Below, one piece after another: positions 1 through 10,072 of a DNA stretch of 64,000 nucleotides; the stretch's first letter is position 1, and each line of letters starts with the position of its first letter. Below the pieces are notes generated by a model that saw nothing but the letters and a program-made list of their open reading frames with translations, had not been told where the DNA came from and made no database searches. A program made the position numbers and the translations under genes. The stretch is taken from NCBI RefSeq assembly GCF_022808675.1, contig NZ_JAKZKV010000005.1:261953-325952 (forward strand). The letters run 5' to 3'. Origin of the DNA: Parabacteroides sp. FAFU027. Lineage in GTDB: Bacteria; Bacteroidota; Bacteroidia; Bacteroidales; UBA7332.

Positions 1-943
1 TATCATGAATATCCTCGCCCGTCAGGTGTTGGTTATGCACACGTTTGATGAAAATGCAGACGACAATTCCCGTGAAAATCTGGTACGTCAGTCTATCAAT
101 CTGATTGCCAAATTCCCGACAATTGTGGCTTACGCTTACCACGTAATGCGTCACAACCAGCAATATCGTTCGCTGCATATCCGTCACCCGCAAGAGGGTA
201 TGTCACTTGCAGAAAACTTCCTGTACATGCTGAAAGGAAAAGGTAACTATACCGAACTGGATGCCCGTACACTTGACCTGGCGTTAATACTGCACGCTGA
301 GCACGGTGGTGGTAACAACTCTACCTTTACCGTACGTGTTACCAGTTCGACAGAAACGGATACTTACTCTTCAATTTCGGCAGCGATTGGCTCACTCAAA
401 GGGCCATTGCATGGAGGTGCCAACCTGAAGGTAATTGACATGTTTAATCACCTCAAGGAAAATATAAAAGACTGGAACAGCGACAGCGAGATTACGGATT
501 ACCTGATGAAGATGCTCAACAAAAAGGTGTACAACCACAAAGGCTTAATCTACGGTATCGGACACGCTGTCTACACGATCTCTGACCCACGCGCAGAACT
601 TCTTAAAGAAATGGCCCGTGATCTGGCTAAAGAGAAGAAACGTGAGGAAGAATTTGCATTTCTTGAAAAACTGGAAGAAAGAGGCGTTGAAGCCTTCATG
701 AACTTTAAAGGCAACAAAGTAAATAAACGTGTTTGTGCCAATGTAGACTTCTACTCCGGTTTTGTTTACGAAATGATCGGATTGCCACAAGAGGTATACA
801 CCCCTCTATTTGCAATGTCGAGAATTGCGGGCTGGTGTGCTCACCGCATTGAAGAGTTAAACTTCGACGGTCGTCGCATTATCCGTCCGGCTTACAAAAA
901 CGTATCAGAACGTCAGGAATTTACGCCATTGAACAAACGATAA
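1..943 (+). CDS. gltA: Citrate synthase, C-terminal ~312 aa. The 5' end lies outside the window; the ORF-track Met at 5 is not the true start.
   Basis: LHAEHGGGNNSTF, GPLHGGAN and the C-terminal GWCAHRIEE motifs are typical of type II citrate synthase. The reading frame is open from base 1. Confidence 0.85.
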   Translation, partial: IMNILARQVLVMHTFDENADDNSRENLVRQSINLIAKFPTIVAYAYHVMRHNQQYRSLHIRHPQEGMSLAENFLYMLKGKGNYTELDARTLDLALILHAEHGGGNNSTFTVRVTSSTETDTYSSISAAIGSLKGPLHGGANLKVIDMFNHLKENIKDWNSDSEITDYLMKMLNKKVYNHKGLIYGIGHAVYTISDPRAELLKEMARDLAKEKKREEEFAFLEKLEERGVEAFMNFKGNKVNKRVCANVDFYSGFVYEMIGLPQEVYTPLFAMSRIAGWCAHRIEELNFDGRRIIRPAYKNVSERQEFTPLNKR

Positions 944-1032
944 AACGAGACTGAACATCTTAAAAGCGCTGAATGTTATTTTCAAAAATACATTTGGCGC
1001 TTTTTCTTTTGTAAACTTAAAAATCAAGAGTC

Positions 1033-1323
1033 ATGAAAAACCGAGAACTTGCAATCAGAGGAATATTTATCCTGATGATTATCATCGGACTTTGCAGTTG
1101 CGCACAAAAAGAGGTGGTAGATGCCTGTTTAAAGGGGCATACCTATGGATTCTGGGGCGGATTATGGCATGGATTTATTGCTCCGTTTGACCTGATTGGC
1201 ATGATCTTCCGGGATAATGTGACTATGTATGCACAAAATAACAACGGAGCCTGGTACGCGTTTGGGTTTCTGATTGGTAGCGGAGGTTGGGGATTTATGG
1301 GCAGGCATGGAATGAAAAAATAA
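1033..1323 (+). CDS. Small hypothetical membrane protein or lipoprotein, 96 aa
   Basis: N-terminal hydrophobic segment ending in LCSC (lipobox-like), followed by a Gly/Trp-rich hydrophobic C-terminus. No family recognised. Confidence 0.4.
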   Translation: MKNRELAIRGIFILMIIIGLCSCAQKEVVDACLKGHTYGFWGGLWHGFIAPFDLIGMIFRDNVTMYAQNNNGAWYAFGFLIGSGGWGFMGRHGMKK

Positions 1324-1559
1324 TCAGCCGTTAGGTCCGTTTCCATTTTCGCTAATTATTTAAAATAAATTCGATTGCGTTGTTAAAAATTGACAGTGCA
1401 AACAGCACTATATCAGCCATTCGAAAAATATTCTGTATGTTTGCATCACAATGGTGGAAACAAAACTGAATTGAATTTTGTTTATAACCAAGATTTGCCC
1501 GGACATAGGGTGAAATAACATTTTAAACTCCTTCTAAAGGGAAATACTCAATTAGCAAT

Positions 1560-2150
1560 ATGGAAATTAAAGCAGGAAAATTTGTAGCAGCCACATACGA
1601 TTTATTTGTTGGCGGAGAGGGTGAACAACCAGAATTGATGGAAAAAGCAACAGCCGAAGTACCTTTGCAGTTTATCTTTGGTACCGGACAAATGCTGGAA
1701 GCTTTTGAAGACAAACTGGCTGGCATGAAACAAGGCAGCAAATTCGATTTCAAACTTGAAAGCGAACAAGCATATGGAGAATATCAGGACGAGCATGTGA
1801 TGGATCTTCCACGCAACATGTTTGAAGTTGAAGGCAAATTCGACGAAGAGGTAATCTTCCCTGGTAACGTTATCCCGATGATGGACAATATGGGTAACCG
1901 CATGAACGCCAGCGTAGTTGAAGTAAAAGACGATGTTGTTGTTCTTGACTTCAATCACCCATTGGCTGGTGAGACATTGCACTTTGTAGGTGAAGTGATC
2001 GAAGTACGCGATGCCAGCGAAGAAGAGCTGAAACAAGCTATGGGCGGTGGCTGCGGAGGCGGTTGCGGTTCTTGCGGATGTGGAGAAGGCGAAGAGTCTT
2101 GCAGCACTGAAGCAGGTGGTGGCTGCGGTAGCGGTTGCGGATGTCACTAA
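1560..2150 (+). CDS. slyD: FKBP-type peptidyl-prolyl cis-trans isomerase, SlyD-like, with a Cys/Gly-rich C-terminal metal-binding tail
   Basis: FKBP fold with an IF-insert region (VAATYDLFVGGEGEQPEL...LDFNHPLAGETLHFVGEVIEV). C-terminus is GGGCGGGCGSCGCGEGEESCSTEAGGGCGSGCGCH. Confidence 0.8.
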   Translation: MEIKAGKFVAATYDLFVGGEGEQPELMEKATAEVPLQFIFGTGQMLEAFEDKLAGMKQGSKFDFKLESEQAYGEYQDEHVMDLPRNMFEVEGKFDEEVIFPGNVIPMMDNMGNRMNASVVEVKDDVVVLDFNHPLAGETLHFVGEVIEVRDASEEELKQAMGGGCGGGCGSCGCGEGEESCSTEAGGGCGSGCGCH

Positions 2151-2171
2151 TCAAACGTCAAATTCAATAAA

Positions 2172-2218
2172 AATAGAAATGTCCGGAATCAATCAGATTT
2201 CCGGGCATTTCTATTTAT
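2172..2218. terminator. Bidirectional rho-independent terminator between slyD (+) and gpx (-)
   Basis: Perfect 11-bp stem aaatagaaatg/catttctattt with an inner tccgga/tccggg pairing, flanked by A/T runs. Confidence 0.6.
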
Positions 2219-2223
2219 TGCAA

Positions 2224-2775
2224 TTATTGCTTCCACTCTCCTGTCTCAATCCAGCGGGATATTTTATCATAATCCGGGTTCTTACCGGGCTCCATAAATC
2301 CGATAAGATTGCCTTTCTCATCAATCAGAAACTTCTGAAAGTTCCATTTTACGGGCGCATCAAAAACACCGTTTTGCTTCTTTTCCGTCAGCCAGTGATA
2401 AATCGGGTGCATGTCTTCACCCCTTACGGATATTTTACTCATTAAAGGAAAGCTAACCTGATAATTCAGCGTACAGAACTGTCGAATCTCTTCATTCGTA
2501 CCCGGTTCCTGCTCCTTGAAGTTATTTGCAGGAAAACCTACTATTACAAAATTACGGTCTTTATATTTCAGATAAAGCGCCTGTAGTTTGCTGTATTCAG
2601 GGGTGAACCCACATTTAGAAGCCACATTTACGATCAGAATCTTATGTCCTCTGAACTTTGTCATAGAGATATTCTTTCCTTCTATGGTTTTAGCTTTAAA
2701 ACTATAGAAACCTTTTGCGGTGCTGCTTATAATATTCAGGACACCTACTAATGCAATTATCAGCAACTTATTCAT
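2224..2775 (-). CDS. Glutathione peroxidase, secreted or periplasmic (BtuE-like)
   Basis: Signal peptide MNKLLIIALVGVLNIISS. Motifs VNVASKCGFTPEY and FPANNF...QEPG...FC match the GPx family catalytic region. Confidence 0.85.
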   Translation of the reverse strand: MNKLLIIALVGVLNIISSTAKGFYSFKAKTIEGKNISMTKFRGHKILIVNVASKCGFTPEYSKLQALYLKYKDRNFVIVGFPANNFKEQEPGTNEEIRQFCTLNYQVSFPLMSKISVRGEDMHPIYHWLTEKKQNGVFDAPVKWNFQKFLIDEKGNLIGFMEPGKNPDYDKISRWIETGEWKQ

Positions 2776-3290
2776 ACACTTAAATCATTTAATCAAACTT
2801 TATAATCTACGTCTTTTTTAAAACTCACAATGAACTATTTTTAGCCGTTTGTGGATTTAGAATCTGAAGGTCATACATATCTCATGATTACGGAGAAGTA
2901 TGATTTTCAATATTCTGCTTGTTATAACAACGGGGATGATTAATTGTTTCGCCCTACATTTCTCAACCCAAACAGAGTCATACCAAATATTCTTTGAGAT
3001 TCATCTCAATAAGCAATTATTCCCGACAACCTTATTTGAGATATTCAGAACATTTCATTTTTTGAAACTGTTTTAATAAGAAAAGAGATTGTACTGGAGT
3101 AGATTTATCTACTTCCTGAGACTGGCATTTATCAGCAATGATTATGGAAAGATGAACTAAGTAGAAGACATCCGTATATAGGCAGAATTCCCGGCAACGA
3201 TAAAGCTAACTTTTAAAATCAGATACCTTCAGTCCCCGGTGAACTACACTGTATTTTTCTTATTGATCCACTGATTCAAAACGAAATTCC

Positions 3291-5633
3291 ATGCCATTAA
3301 GGAAATTGTTGATTCTATTTTTCTTATTCCGGCTTGTATTTTACTCATTTTCTGAAAATCAGGTCGATTTAGTCACATTAAGCGGATACGTAACAGATGC
3401 GACTAACGGTCAGGCATTGGTCGGAGCAACCGTCAGAGTTAAAGAATCAGAAACCATAATTACCACCAATAGTAAGGGATTTTTTGCCTTTGCTTTACCA
3501 GTTGGAAGTTACAATCTGAATGTCTTTCTGGTTGGTTATAAGATCCTGAATCAGAAAGTGACCCTCGACAAGAACAAATCAATAACTTTTAAACTAATTG
3601 GGTTATCAAGCAACCTGCAGGAACTTGTGGTAACAACAGGACGCAACGACGAAAATGTCAGAAATAATATGTTGGGAGTTCATAAACTTGGAATAGAAGA
3701 AATCCGAAAAATTCCTGCATTTATGGGGGAAGTTGACCTACTGAAAGTAATTCAGTTGCTCCCGGGGGTGTCTACAGTGGATGAAGGAACTTCCAGTTTC
3801 ATTGTCCGTGGAGGCAGCTCGGATCAAAATCTAATTCTATTAGATGAAGCAACTGTATATAACGCCTCTCACCTGATGGGTTTCTTTTCCACATTCAATA
3901 ATGATGCAATTAAAAACCTGACACTTTATAAAGGAGATATTCCGGTATTGTACGATGGTCGCCTCTCTTCTCTACTCGATGTCAGGATGAAAGAAGGAAA
4001 TTACAACAAAATATCCGGGAGTGGAGGTGTTGGTCCTATCTCCAGCAGAATCGCCATTGATGGACCGTTGAGTAACCGGACAACATTTTTAATTGCTGCA
4101 CGACGCACATACGCTGACCTTTTTCTCAAATTATCGAATGAGGATAGAATCAAAAATAACAAACTGAACTTCTATGACCTAAACTTCAAGATCGATCACC
4201 AGATAGACAATAATAACCGCCTTTACCTATCCGCCTATATGGGTAAAGACAATTTTAAAACTCTGGATGTAGCAAATAATTACGGAAACGATGCCATGTC
4301 TATACGCTGGAATCACTTATTCTCAAGAAGAATGTCAAGCAATCTCTCATTAATGTATAGCAGTTATGGATATCAGTTGGCATCAACAGTATCTGATGAC
4401 AGCAATTTTGACTGGAAATATAAAATGAGAGATTTCAACATCCGTTACGATTTTACTCATTTGCATAATAGTACATCCGTTAAGTTTGGTTATCAAGCGG
4501 TGCTACATAAATTCAATCCTGGTACAATAACCTCTACCGGGTCAGCGAATGATCAAAAACCATTTATTCTGCCCGAAAACAAATCAGTGGAACAGGCTAT
4601 TTATATTTCTAATGATTTCTCACTTTCCCAAAAGATAAATATTAAAGTGGGCATCCGGTTAAATGCATTTTCAAATGTCGGCGGTACGACTGTTTATAAG
4701 TATGATCAAAATTACAATCCTGAAGACTCAATGACATACGGTAATAATAACTTTTTCAACACCTACCTGAGACTTTCTCCGCGAATTGGTTTTCGCTGGC
4801 AGTTTAATTCAAACTCTTCGTTTAAGCTGAATTACTCTCATACCAACCAATTTTTGCAAATGGCTTCTAACTCGACCTCCGGAACGCCACTTGATTTATG
4901 GTTTACAGCCAGTCCTTACGTGAAACCTCAGACATGTGACCAATATTCGTTCGGGTTTTTCAGAAATTTTGGTAATAATACTTACGAAACCTCCTTCGAA
5001 GTGTACTACAAAAAAATGAAACACACAATAGACTTCAGGGATCATGCACAATTACTCCATAACCGGCTATTGGAAGGCGAGCTAAGATTTGGAAACTCAG
5101 AAGCAATTGGTTCTGAATTTCTTTTCCAGAAAACGAAAGGAAAGACCACCGGTTGGATTAGCTATTCTTATTCGAAGTCAACAAGAACAATCAAAGATAT
5201 TAATAAAGACCAATCCTATTATTCACCCTATGACCGACCTCACACGGTTTACGTGATAGTCAATCAGGAATTGAAAAAAAACCTCTCTTGTGGTGCAACA
5301 TTTATTTTCAGCTCCGGCCGTCCTATTACATATCCGATTGCGCGTATGGAATTTGACAAGCTCAACCTACCGGTTTATTCCGATCGAAATGCTTACAGGA
5401 TGCCAGAATACCACCGTCTTGACCTGGCTATGACATGGGAACCTATTAGCAAAAGGAAACACTTCTGGAATGGCGAATGGAACTTTTCCATTTATAATGT
5501 TTATGCCCGCAAAAATGCATGGACTATAAACTTTGTCAACTATAGAAAAGCAGGGAATGATTCAGAGACCAGAGCTGAAATGACCTATCTGTACTCTATT
5601 ATCCCCTCTGTTACATACAATTTCAAATTCTAA
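3291..5633 (+). CDS. TonB-dependent outer-membrane receptor with an N-terminal carboxypeptidase-regulatory-like domain and a plug domain; copy 1
   Basis: Signal peptide, then CarbopepD_reg-like GYVTDATNGQALVGATVRV, plug IRKIPAFMGEVDLLKVIQLLPGV...FIVRGG, a long beta-barrel and terminal aromatic F (…YNFKF). Confidence 0.85.
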   Translation: MPLRKLLILFFLFRLVFYSFSENQVDLVTLSGYVTDATNGQALVGATVRVKESETIITTNSKGFFAFALPVGSYNLNVFLVGYKILNQKVTLDKNKSITFKLIGLSSNLQELVVTTGRNDENVRNNMLGVHKLGIEEIRKIPAFMGEVDLLKVIQLLPGVSTVDEGTSSFIVRGGSSDQNLILLDEATVYNASHLMGFFSTFNNDAIKNLTLYKGDIPVLYDGRLSSLLDVRMKEGNYNKISGSGGVGPISSRIAIDGPLSNRTTFLIAARRTYADLFLKLSNEDRIKNNKLNFYDLNFKIDHQIDNNNRLYLSAYMGKDNFKTLDVANNYGNDAMSIRWNHLFSRRMSSNLSLMYSSYGYQLASTVSDDSNFDWKYKMRDFNIRYDFTHLHNSTSVKFGYQAVLHKFNPGTITSTGSANDQKPFILPENKSVEQAIYISNDFSLSQKINIKVGIRLNAFSNVGGTTVYKYDQNYNPEDSMTYGNNNFFNTYLRLSPRIGFRWQFNSNSSFKLNYSHTNQFLQMASNSTSGTPLDLWFTASPYVKPQTCDQYSFGFFRNFGNNTYETSFEVYYKKMKHTIDFRDHAQLLHNRLLEGELRFGNSEAIGSEFLFQKTKGKTTGWISYSYSKSTRTIKDINKDQSYYSPYDRPHTVYVIVNQELKKNLSCGATFIFSSGRPITYPIARMEFDKLNLPVYSDRNAYRMPEYHRLDLAMTWEPISKRKHFWNGEWNFSIYNVYARKNAWTINFVNYRKAGNDSETRAEMTYLYSIIPSVTYNFKF

Positions 5634-5644
5634 GGAATTTAATA

Positions 5645-6556
5645 ATGAGAAACTTACCGATACTTCTTCTGATAGTCTTATTTATAATAATGGGTTCCTG
5701 TACGAAATTCATTAATGTCAATCTGGGCAGTATGGATCCGCAACTGATTGTGGAAGGAGTTATCACGACTGATACTATGGCTCATAAGATAATTCTGAAA
5801 AGAACTGCTGATTATTTTTCAAATCAAAAAGCAGAACGTATCTCCGATGCCATAGTTATGCTTTCCGACAGCAATGCTGAGACACATGAGACTCATAAGA
5901 TTCAAATGAAAGAAGATCCGGATAGCGCCGGTATTTATATGACACCTTCAAATTACTTCGGAGTGAAAGGACAAATCTATACTATTAACATTAGTAATGT
6001 AGATGCCAACAAAGATGGCATTTCTGAAACTTACACAGCTTCTTGTAAACTAAATTCGATTGCCCCGGTCGATTCGTTTACGATCACTAAAAGAAAAATG
6101 GTTTATGAAGATGCTTTTGTTATACAGGTTTATCTGAAAGACCCTCCAGAGGAAACAAACTATTATCTGTTTCGGGTCTGGAAAAATGATTCTCTTGTCA
6201 CTGATAGTATTATTTTATGGAATATTACAGACGATAACTTCTTCAGTCCGGAATTCATGACCAATGACCTGAAGATTTATCTTTTCCCCCGATTCAGGCA
6301 TAAGCAGTACATCCGCGACAATAATACCGTTAAACTTGAAGCCTGCGGAATTACCAAAGATTATTTCAACTTTATCCGTGAAGCTATCGAGGCTTACCGG
6401 GGACAAAATCCAATGTTTGGCAGCCAACCGGCCAACATTCGTACGAATGTTATCCGAACTTCGCCCCCACTTGATGTCGGAGAAACCGGTGCCAGAGGCT
6501 ATTTTGCCGCTTATTCTGTATTCTGGAAAAAGAAAATTTACAAAGCGCCAAAGTGA
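5645..6556 (+). CDS. DUF4249-like lipoprotein, cognate partner of the upstream TonB-dependent receptor; copy 1
   Basis: Lipoprotein signal LLLIVLFIIMGSC. Lies 11 bp downstream of the receptor gene. Shares conserved blocks with the paralog at 9145-10032 (GAITTDT, YxLNISNVD, CGITKDY, GGQPANIRTN, GARGYFAAYSV). Confidence 0.7.
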   Translation: MRNLPILLLIVLFIIMGSCTKFINVNLGSMDPQLIVEGVITTDTMAHKIILKRTADYFSNQKAERISDAIVMLSDSNAETHETHKIQMKEDPDSAGIYMTPSNYFGVKGQIYTINISNVDANKDGISETYTASCKLNSIAPVDSFTITKRKMVYEDAFVIQVYLKDPPEETNYYLFRVWKNDSLVTDSIILWNITDDNFFSPEFMTNDLKIYLFPRFRHKQYIRDNNTVKLEACGITKDYFNFIREAIEAYRGQNPMFGSQPANIRTNVIRTSPPLDVGETGARGYFAAYSVFWKKKIYKAPK

Positions 6557-6562
6557 ATTAAT

Positions 6563-6598
6563 CCCCTATCAGTAAATCACCTGATGGGGGTTTTTCTT
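6563..6598 (+). terminator. Rho-independent terminator after the first receptor/DUF4249 pair
   Basis: cccctatcag...ctgatggggg stem followed by tttttc. Confidence 0.5.
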
Positions 6599-6758
6599 GT
6601 CTGCATTATCGAATATTGTTGCTTTGAATGGACTTTTCCGCAACTTTTATCTTCTGAATTCCTTTTTTCATAGCCGATTTTCTCCCTTTTATCTGAATTG
6701 AATAAAAAGAGAAATGCTTAATTCGCATCTTTGCCGCCGCAAACACAAATAGCAGTTT

Positions 6759-9101
6759 ATGAAAGCAAAGAAAAGCATAATACTGACTCTTTTTATCGGA
6801 TTTGTATCATTGATATATGCAACAAATCCGGGAGAAAAAGTCAGCCTGAACGGATATGTGAAAGATAATACCAACGGAGAGGTGCTTATAGGCGCGACCA
6901 TTTCAATCAAAGGGAAAGGAATAGGCGTAGTAACAAACAACTATGGATTTTATTCGCTTAAACTCCCCCAAGGAACTTATGAGATTGATTTCAACTATGT
7001 AGGATACAAGACTGTAACGAAAAAAGTCACGCTGGATGTCAGTACCCGTATGAACGTGGAACTTACCCCTGATACACGCAGTCTTCAGGAAGTAACCGTA
7101 ACAGCCGACCGCAAAGACGCTAATGTGAAACGAAATGAGATGAGTGCACAGAAAATTGAAATCGGTACTATCCGTAAGATCCCGGCGCTTATGGGTGAAG
7201 TGGATCTGATTAAGGCTATCCAGTTGCTTCCCGGGGTGGTTTCAGCCGGTGAAGGAACTTCGAGTTTCAGTGTCCGTGGTGGTGGTATTGACCAGAACCT
7301 GATTATCCTCGATGAAGCAACAGTATATAACGCCTCTCATTTGATGGGTTTCTTTTCGGTCTTTAATAATGATGCCATCAAGAATCTGACTTTGTATAAA
7401 GGGGATGTTCCGGCAACCTACGACGGGCGACTATCATCGCTTCTGGAGGTGAATATGAAAGACGGAAACTCGAAAAAGCTGTCTGGCAGCGGAGGTATCG
7501 GAACGATTTCAAGCCGGTTAACACTGGAAGGCCCCATCAACAAAGACAAAACCTCCTTTATCGTCTCTGCCCGACGCACGTATGCCGACCTTTTTCTGAA
7601 GCTATCCAAGGACGAAAAGATCCGGGATAATCAGCTTTACTTCTACGACTTTAATGCCAAGGTAAGCCATCGCTTTGACGATAATAACCGACTTTTCATT
7701 TCCGGCTATCTCGGACAAGACGTTTTCAGGAATAAAGATGCCGGTTTTGACTTTGGGAACAGTACTTTCTCCGTCAGATGGAACCACCTTTACTCAAAAA
7801 ATCTGTTCACTAACCTATCGCTGATTTATTGTAATTACCGCTATGGACTGGAATCGAGTATGAGCGATGAGAGCAACTTCGAATGGCGCTATAAAATGCG
7901 CGACTTTGGGTTAAAGTATGATTTTTCATACTATAAATCACCAGAAGCAACCTACAAATTTGGATATCAAAGTACATTCCACAAACTGAGCCCGGGCACC
8001 GTAATATCATCTGGTGGTACAACAAGTTATGACCCCTATATTTTGCCGGATAATAACGCACTGGAACAAGCCATTTACACCTCCGGAGACTTTAAATTAT
8101 CGGATAGGTTATCGGTAAAAGCGGGTCTTCGATTAAATGTTTTCTCAAACGTAGGAGCCTCTACGATTTATCATTATGACGAGATCTATAACTCTACCGA
8201 TTCTACAGTTTATGGAAATGGCCGGTTTATAAAAACGTTTGTCCGGCTTTCACCCCGCGCCGGAGTAACATACCAGCTGGATGCTCATTCTTCGGTTAAA
8301 GCCAATTATTCCCGGACCAATCAGTTTCTGCAGATGGCCTCCAATTCAACAGCCGGCACACCTCTTGATCTTTGGTTTACCGCCAGTCCCAATGTTAAGC
8401 CACAAACCTGTGACCAGTTTGCAGCAGGCTATTTTCATAATTTCCTGGATAATTCAGTTGAAGCTTCCGTTGAACTGTTTTACAAGGATATGCATAATAC
8501 AATCGACTTTCGTGACCACGCGCAATTATTACTCAATAAAAAGCTGGATGGAGAACTACGCTTCGGGAGATCACACGCTTACGGAGCCGAATTTCTTTTG
8601 CAAAAGACAAAAGGCTCTACAACAGGATGGATAAGCTATGCATATTCACATTCCGTCAGGACTATTGATGGAGTAAATAACAACAATAGCTACGTAGCCC
8701 CATATGACAGGCCGCATACTGTGTACATCGTTGCCAATCATGATTTTAATGAAAAATATTCGTTGGGAGCAAATTTCGTCTATGCTTCGGGACAACCAGT
8801 TACCTACCCTGTTGCCCGGATGAATGTGGGTAGCGTAATCGTTCCTGTTTACTCCAACCGCAATGAATACCGAATGCCCGATTATCACAGATTGGACGTT
8901 TCATTGACCTATAAACCAACAAAAAAGAAAAAACGCTTATGGGAAGGAGAATGGAACTTCTCAGTTTACAATATCTACGCTCATAAAAATGCCTGGGCAA
9001 TCAACTTTACAGGAGATCAGGATAATCCTTATAAAACTAAAGCGGAAATGACCTATTTATTCACGTTTATCCCTTCCGTGACCTATAATTTCAAATTCTG
9101 A
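6759..9101 (+). CDS. TonB-dependent outer-membrane receptor (CarbopepD_reg + plug), paralogous copy 2
   Basis: Same architecture and same 780-aa length as 3291-5633, with clearly alignable blocks (IRKIPALMGEVDLIKAIQLLPGV, NQFLQMASNSTAGTPLDLWFTASP, C-terminal SVTYNFKF). Confidence 0.85.
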   Translation: MKAKKSIILTLFIGFVSLIYATNPGEKVSLNGYVKDNTNGEVLIGATISIKGKGIGVVTNNYGFYSLKLPQGTYEIDFNYVGYKTVTKKVTLDVSTRMNVELTPDTRSLQEVTVTADRKDANVKRNEMSAQKIEIGTIRKIPALMGEVDLIKAIQLLPGVVSAGEGTSSFSVRGGGIDQNLIILDEATVYNASHLMGFFSVFNNDAIKNLTLYKGDVPATYDGRLSSLLEVNMKDGNSKKLSGSGGIGTISSRLTLEGPINKDKTSFIVSARRTYADLFLKLSKDEKIRDNQLYFYDFNAKVSHRFDDNNRLFISGYLGQDVFRNKDAGFDFGNSTFSVRWNHLYSKNLFTNLSLIYCNYRYGLESSMSDESNFEWRYKMRDFGLKYDFSYYKSPEATYKFGYQSTFHKLSPGTVISSGGTTSYDPYILPDNNALEQAIYTSGDFKLSDRLSVKAGLRLNVFSNVGASTIYHYDEIYNSTDSTVYGNGRFIKTFVRLSPRAGVTYQLDAHSSVKANYSRTNQFLQMASNSTAGTPLDLWFTASPNVKPQTCDQFAAGYFHNFLDNSVEASVELFYKDMHNTIDFRDHAQLLLNKKLDGELRFGRSHAYGAEFLLQKTKGSTTGWISYAYSHSVRTIDGVNNNNSYVAPYDRPHTVYIVANHDFNEKYSLGANFVYASGQPVTYPVARMNVGSVIVPVYSNRNEYRMPDYHRLDVSLTYKPTKKKKRLWEGEWNFSVYNIYAHKNAWAINFTGDQDNPYKTKAEMTYLFTFIPSVTYNFKF

Positions 9102-9144
9102 TTTAACGATAGAGCAACCTGACATTTAACAAATTAGCAAAACT

Positions 9145-10032
9145 ATGAAGTCTATATATTCGTTATTATTAGTAGGGATAGCACTGTTAACATCATGTAC
9201 GGAGGAAATCAAAATAATCCTTGGCAGTACCGATCCCGAACTTGTGGTGGAAGGAGCTATTACCACCGACACTCTGGCTCATATTATAACTTTAAAGAGG
9301 ACAGCCTACTACTTTTCCAATCAGCAAGCCGGGTGTGTAACTGGTGCCACAGTGACTCTTTCCGATGGAACGAATGAGATTATCCTGACGGAAGATCCTC
9401 TCCAAAAGGGAAATTATCTTACTCCTGCAAATTATTATGGCGTTGCCGGCCATACTTATACGTTGAATATATCAAATGTTGATATCAATAATGACAGCAC
9501 AAAAGAGATCTACACATCTTCCTGCTATCTGAATAACGTTCCCCGGATTGACTCAATGAGTGTTGAGAAAAAACAGGTCTTTTACCAGAATGCTTTTGCA
9601 GTGAGAATATCTATGCAGGATCCGGCTAATGAAACAAATTATTACCTGTTCCGCAACTGGAAAAACGGGATTTGTCTTTCAGATAGTATTGATGAATGGG
9701 GAATTACGGATGATCAGTTTTTTAATGGCAAATATCTTAAAAACGAATCTGTAATGTATCTCTTTCCCAAAGAAAAACCGGATGAGAATGTAACACCCGG
9801 AGATACGATTAAAGTGGAAATGTGTGGAATCACCAAGGACTATCTCAGTTATATCAACGAAGTTGTGGATGAATACCGGGGGCGCAATCCTCTTTTCGGA
9901 GGCCAACCCGCAAACATCCGTACAAACATAAAACGAGCTTTCCCATTGAGTCAAGACGGCAAAGGAGCCAGAGGTTATTTTGCCGCTTACTCAGTCGCCT
10001 GGAAACAGACGATATACAAAGAGAAACAATAA
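9145..10032 (+). CDS. DUF4249-like lipoprotein, paralogous copy 2
   Basis: Lipoprotein signal LLLVGIALLTSC. Conserved blocks shared with 5645-6556. Confidence 0.7.
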   Translation: MKSIYSLLLVGIALLTSCTEEIKIILGSTDPELVVEGAITTDTLAHIITLKRTAYYFSNQQAGCVTGATVTLSDGTNEIILTEDPLQKGNYLTPANYYGVAGHTYTLNISNVDINNDSTKEIYTSSCYLNNVPRIDSMSVEKKQVFYQNAFAVRISMQDPANETNYYLFRNWKNGICLSDSIDEWGITDDQFFNGKYLKNESVMYLFPKEKPDENVTPGDTIKVEMCGITKDYLSYINEVVDEYRGRNPLFGGQPANIRTNIKRAFPLSQDGKGARGYFAAYSVAWKQTIYKEKQ

Positions 10033-10072
10033 AAATAGATTTCCCAAAATACTAAGCCTAATACCTACTGTT

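Noticed and set aside
1602-2147. 181-aa minus-strand ORF overlapping slyD
   Set aside because: It is fully antisense to a well-supported FKBP gene, with an Ala/Thr-rich low-complexity translation typical of shadow ORFs.
2047-2445. 132-aa plus-strand ORF spanning the slyD 3' end, the terminator and the gpx 3' end
   Set aside because: It crosses a strong terminator hairpin and overlaps two supported genes in other frames.
2776-3290. Possible riboswitch in the 515-bp leader upstream of the first TonB-dependent receptor
   Set aside because: I could not find a B12-box, TPP or other recognisable riboswitch core by eye. This needs an Rfam/cmscan search, so no claim is made.
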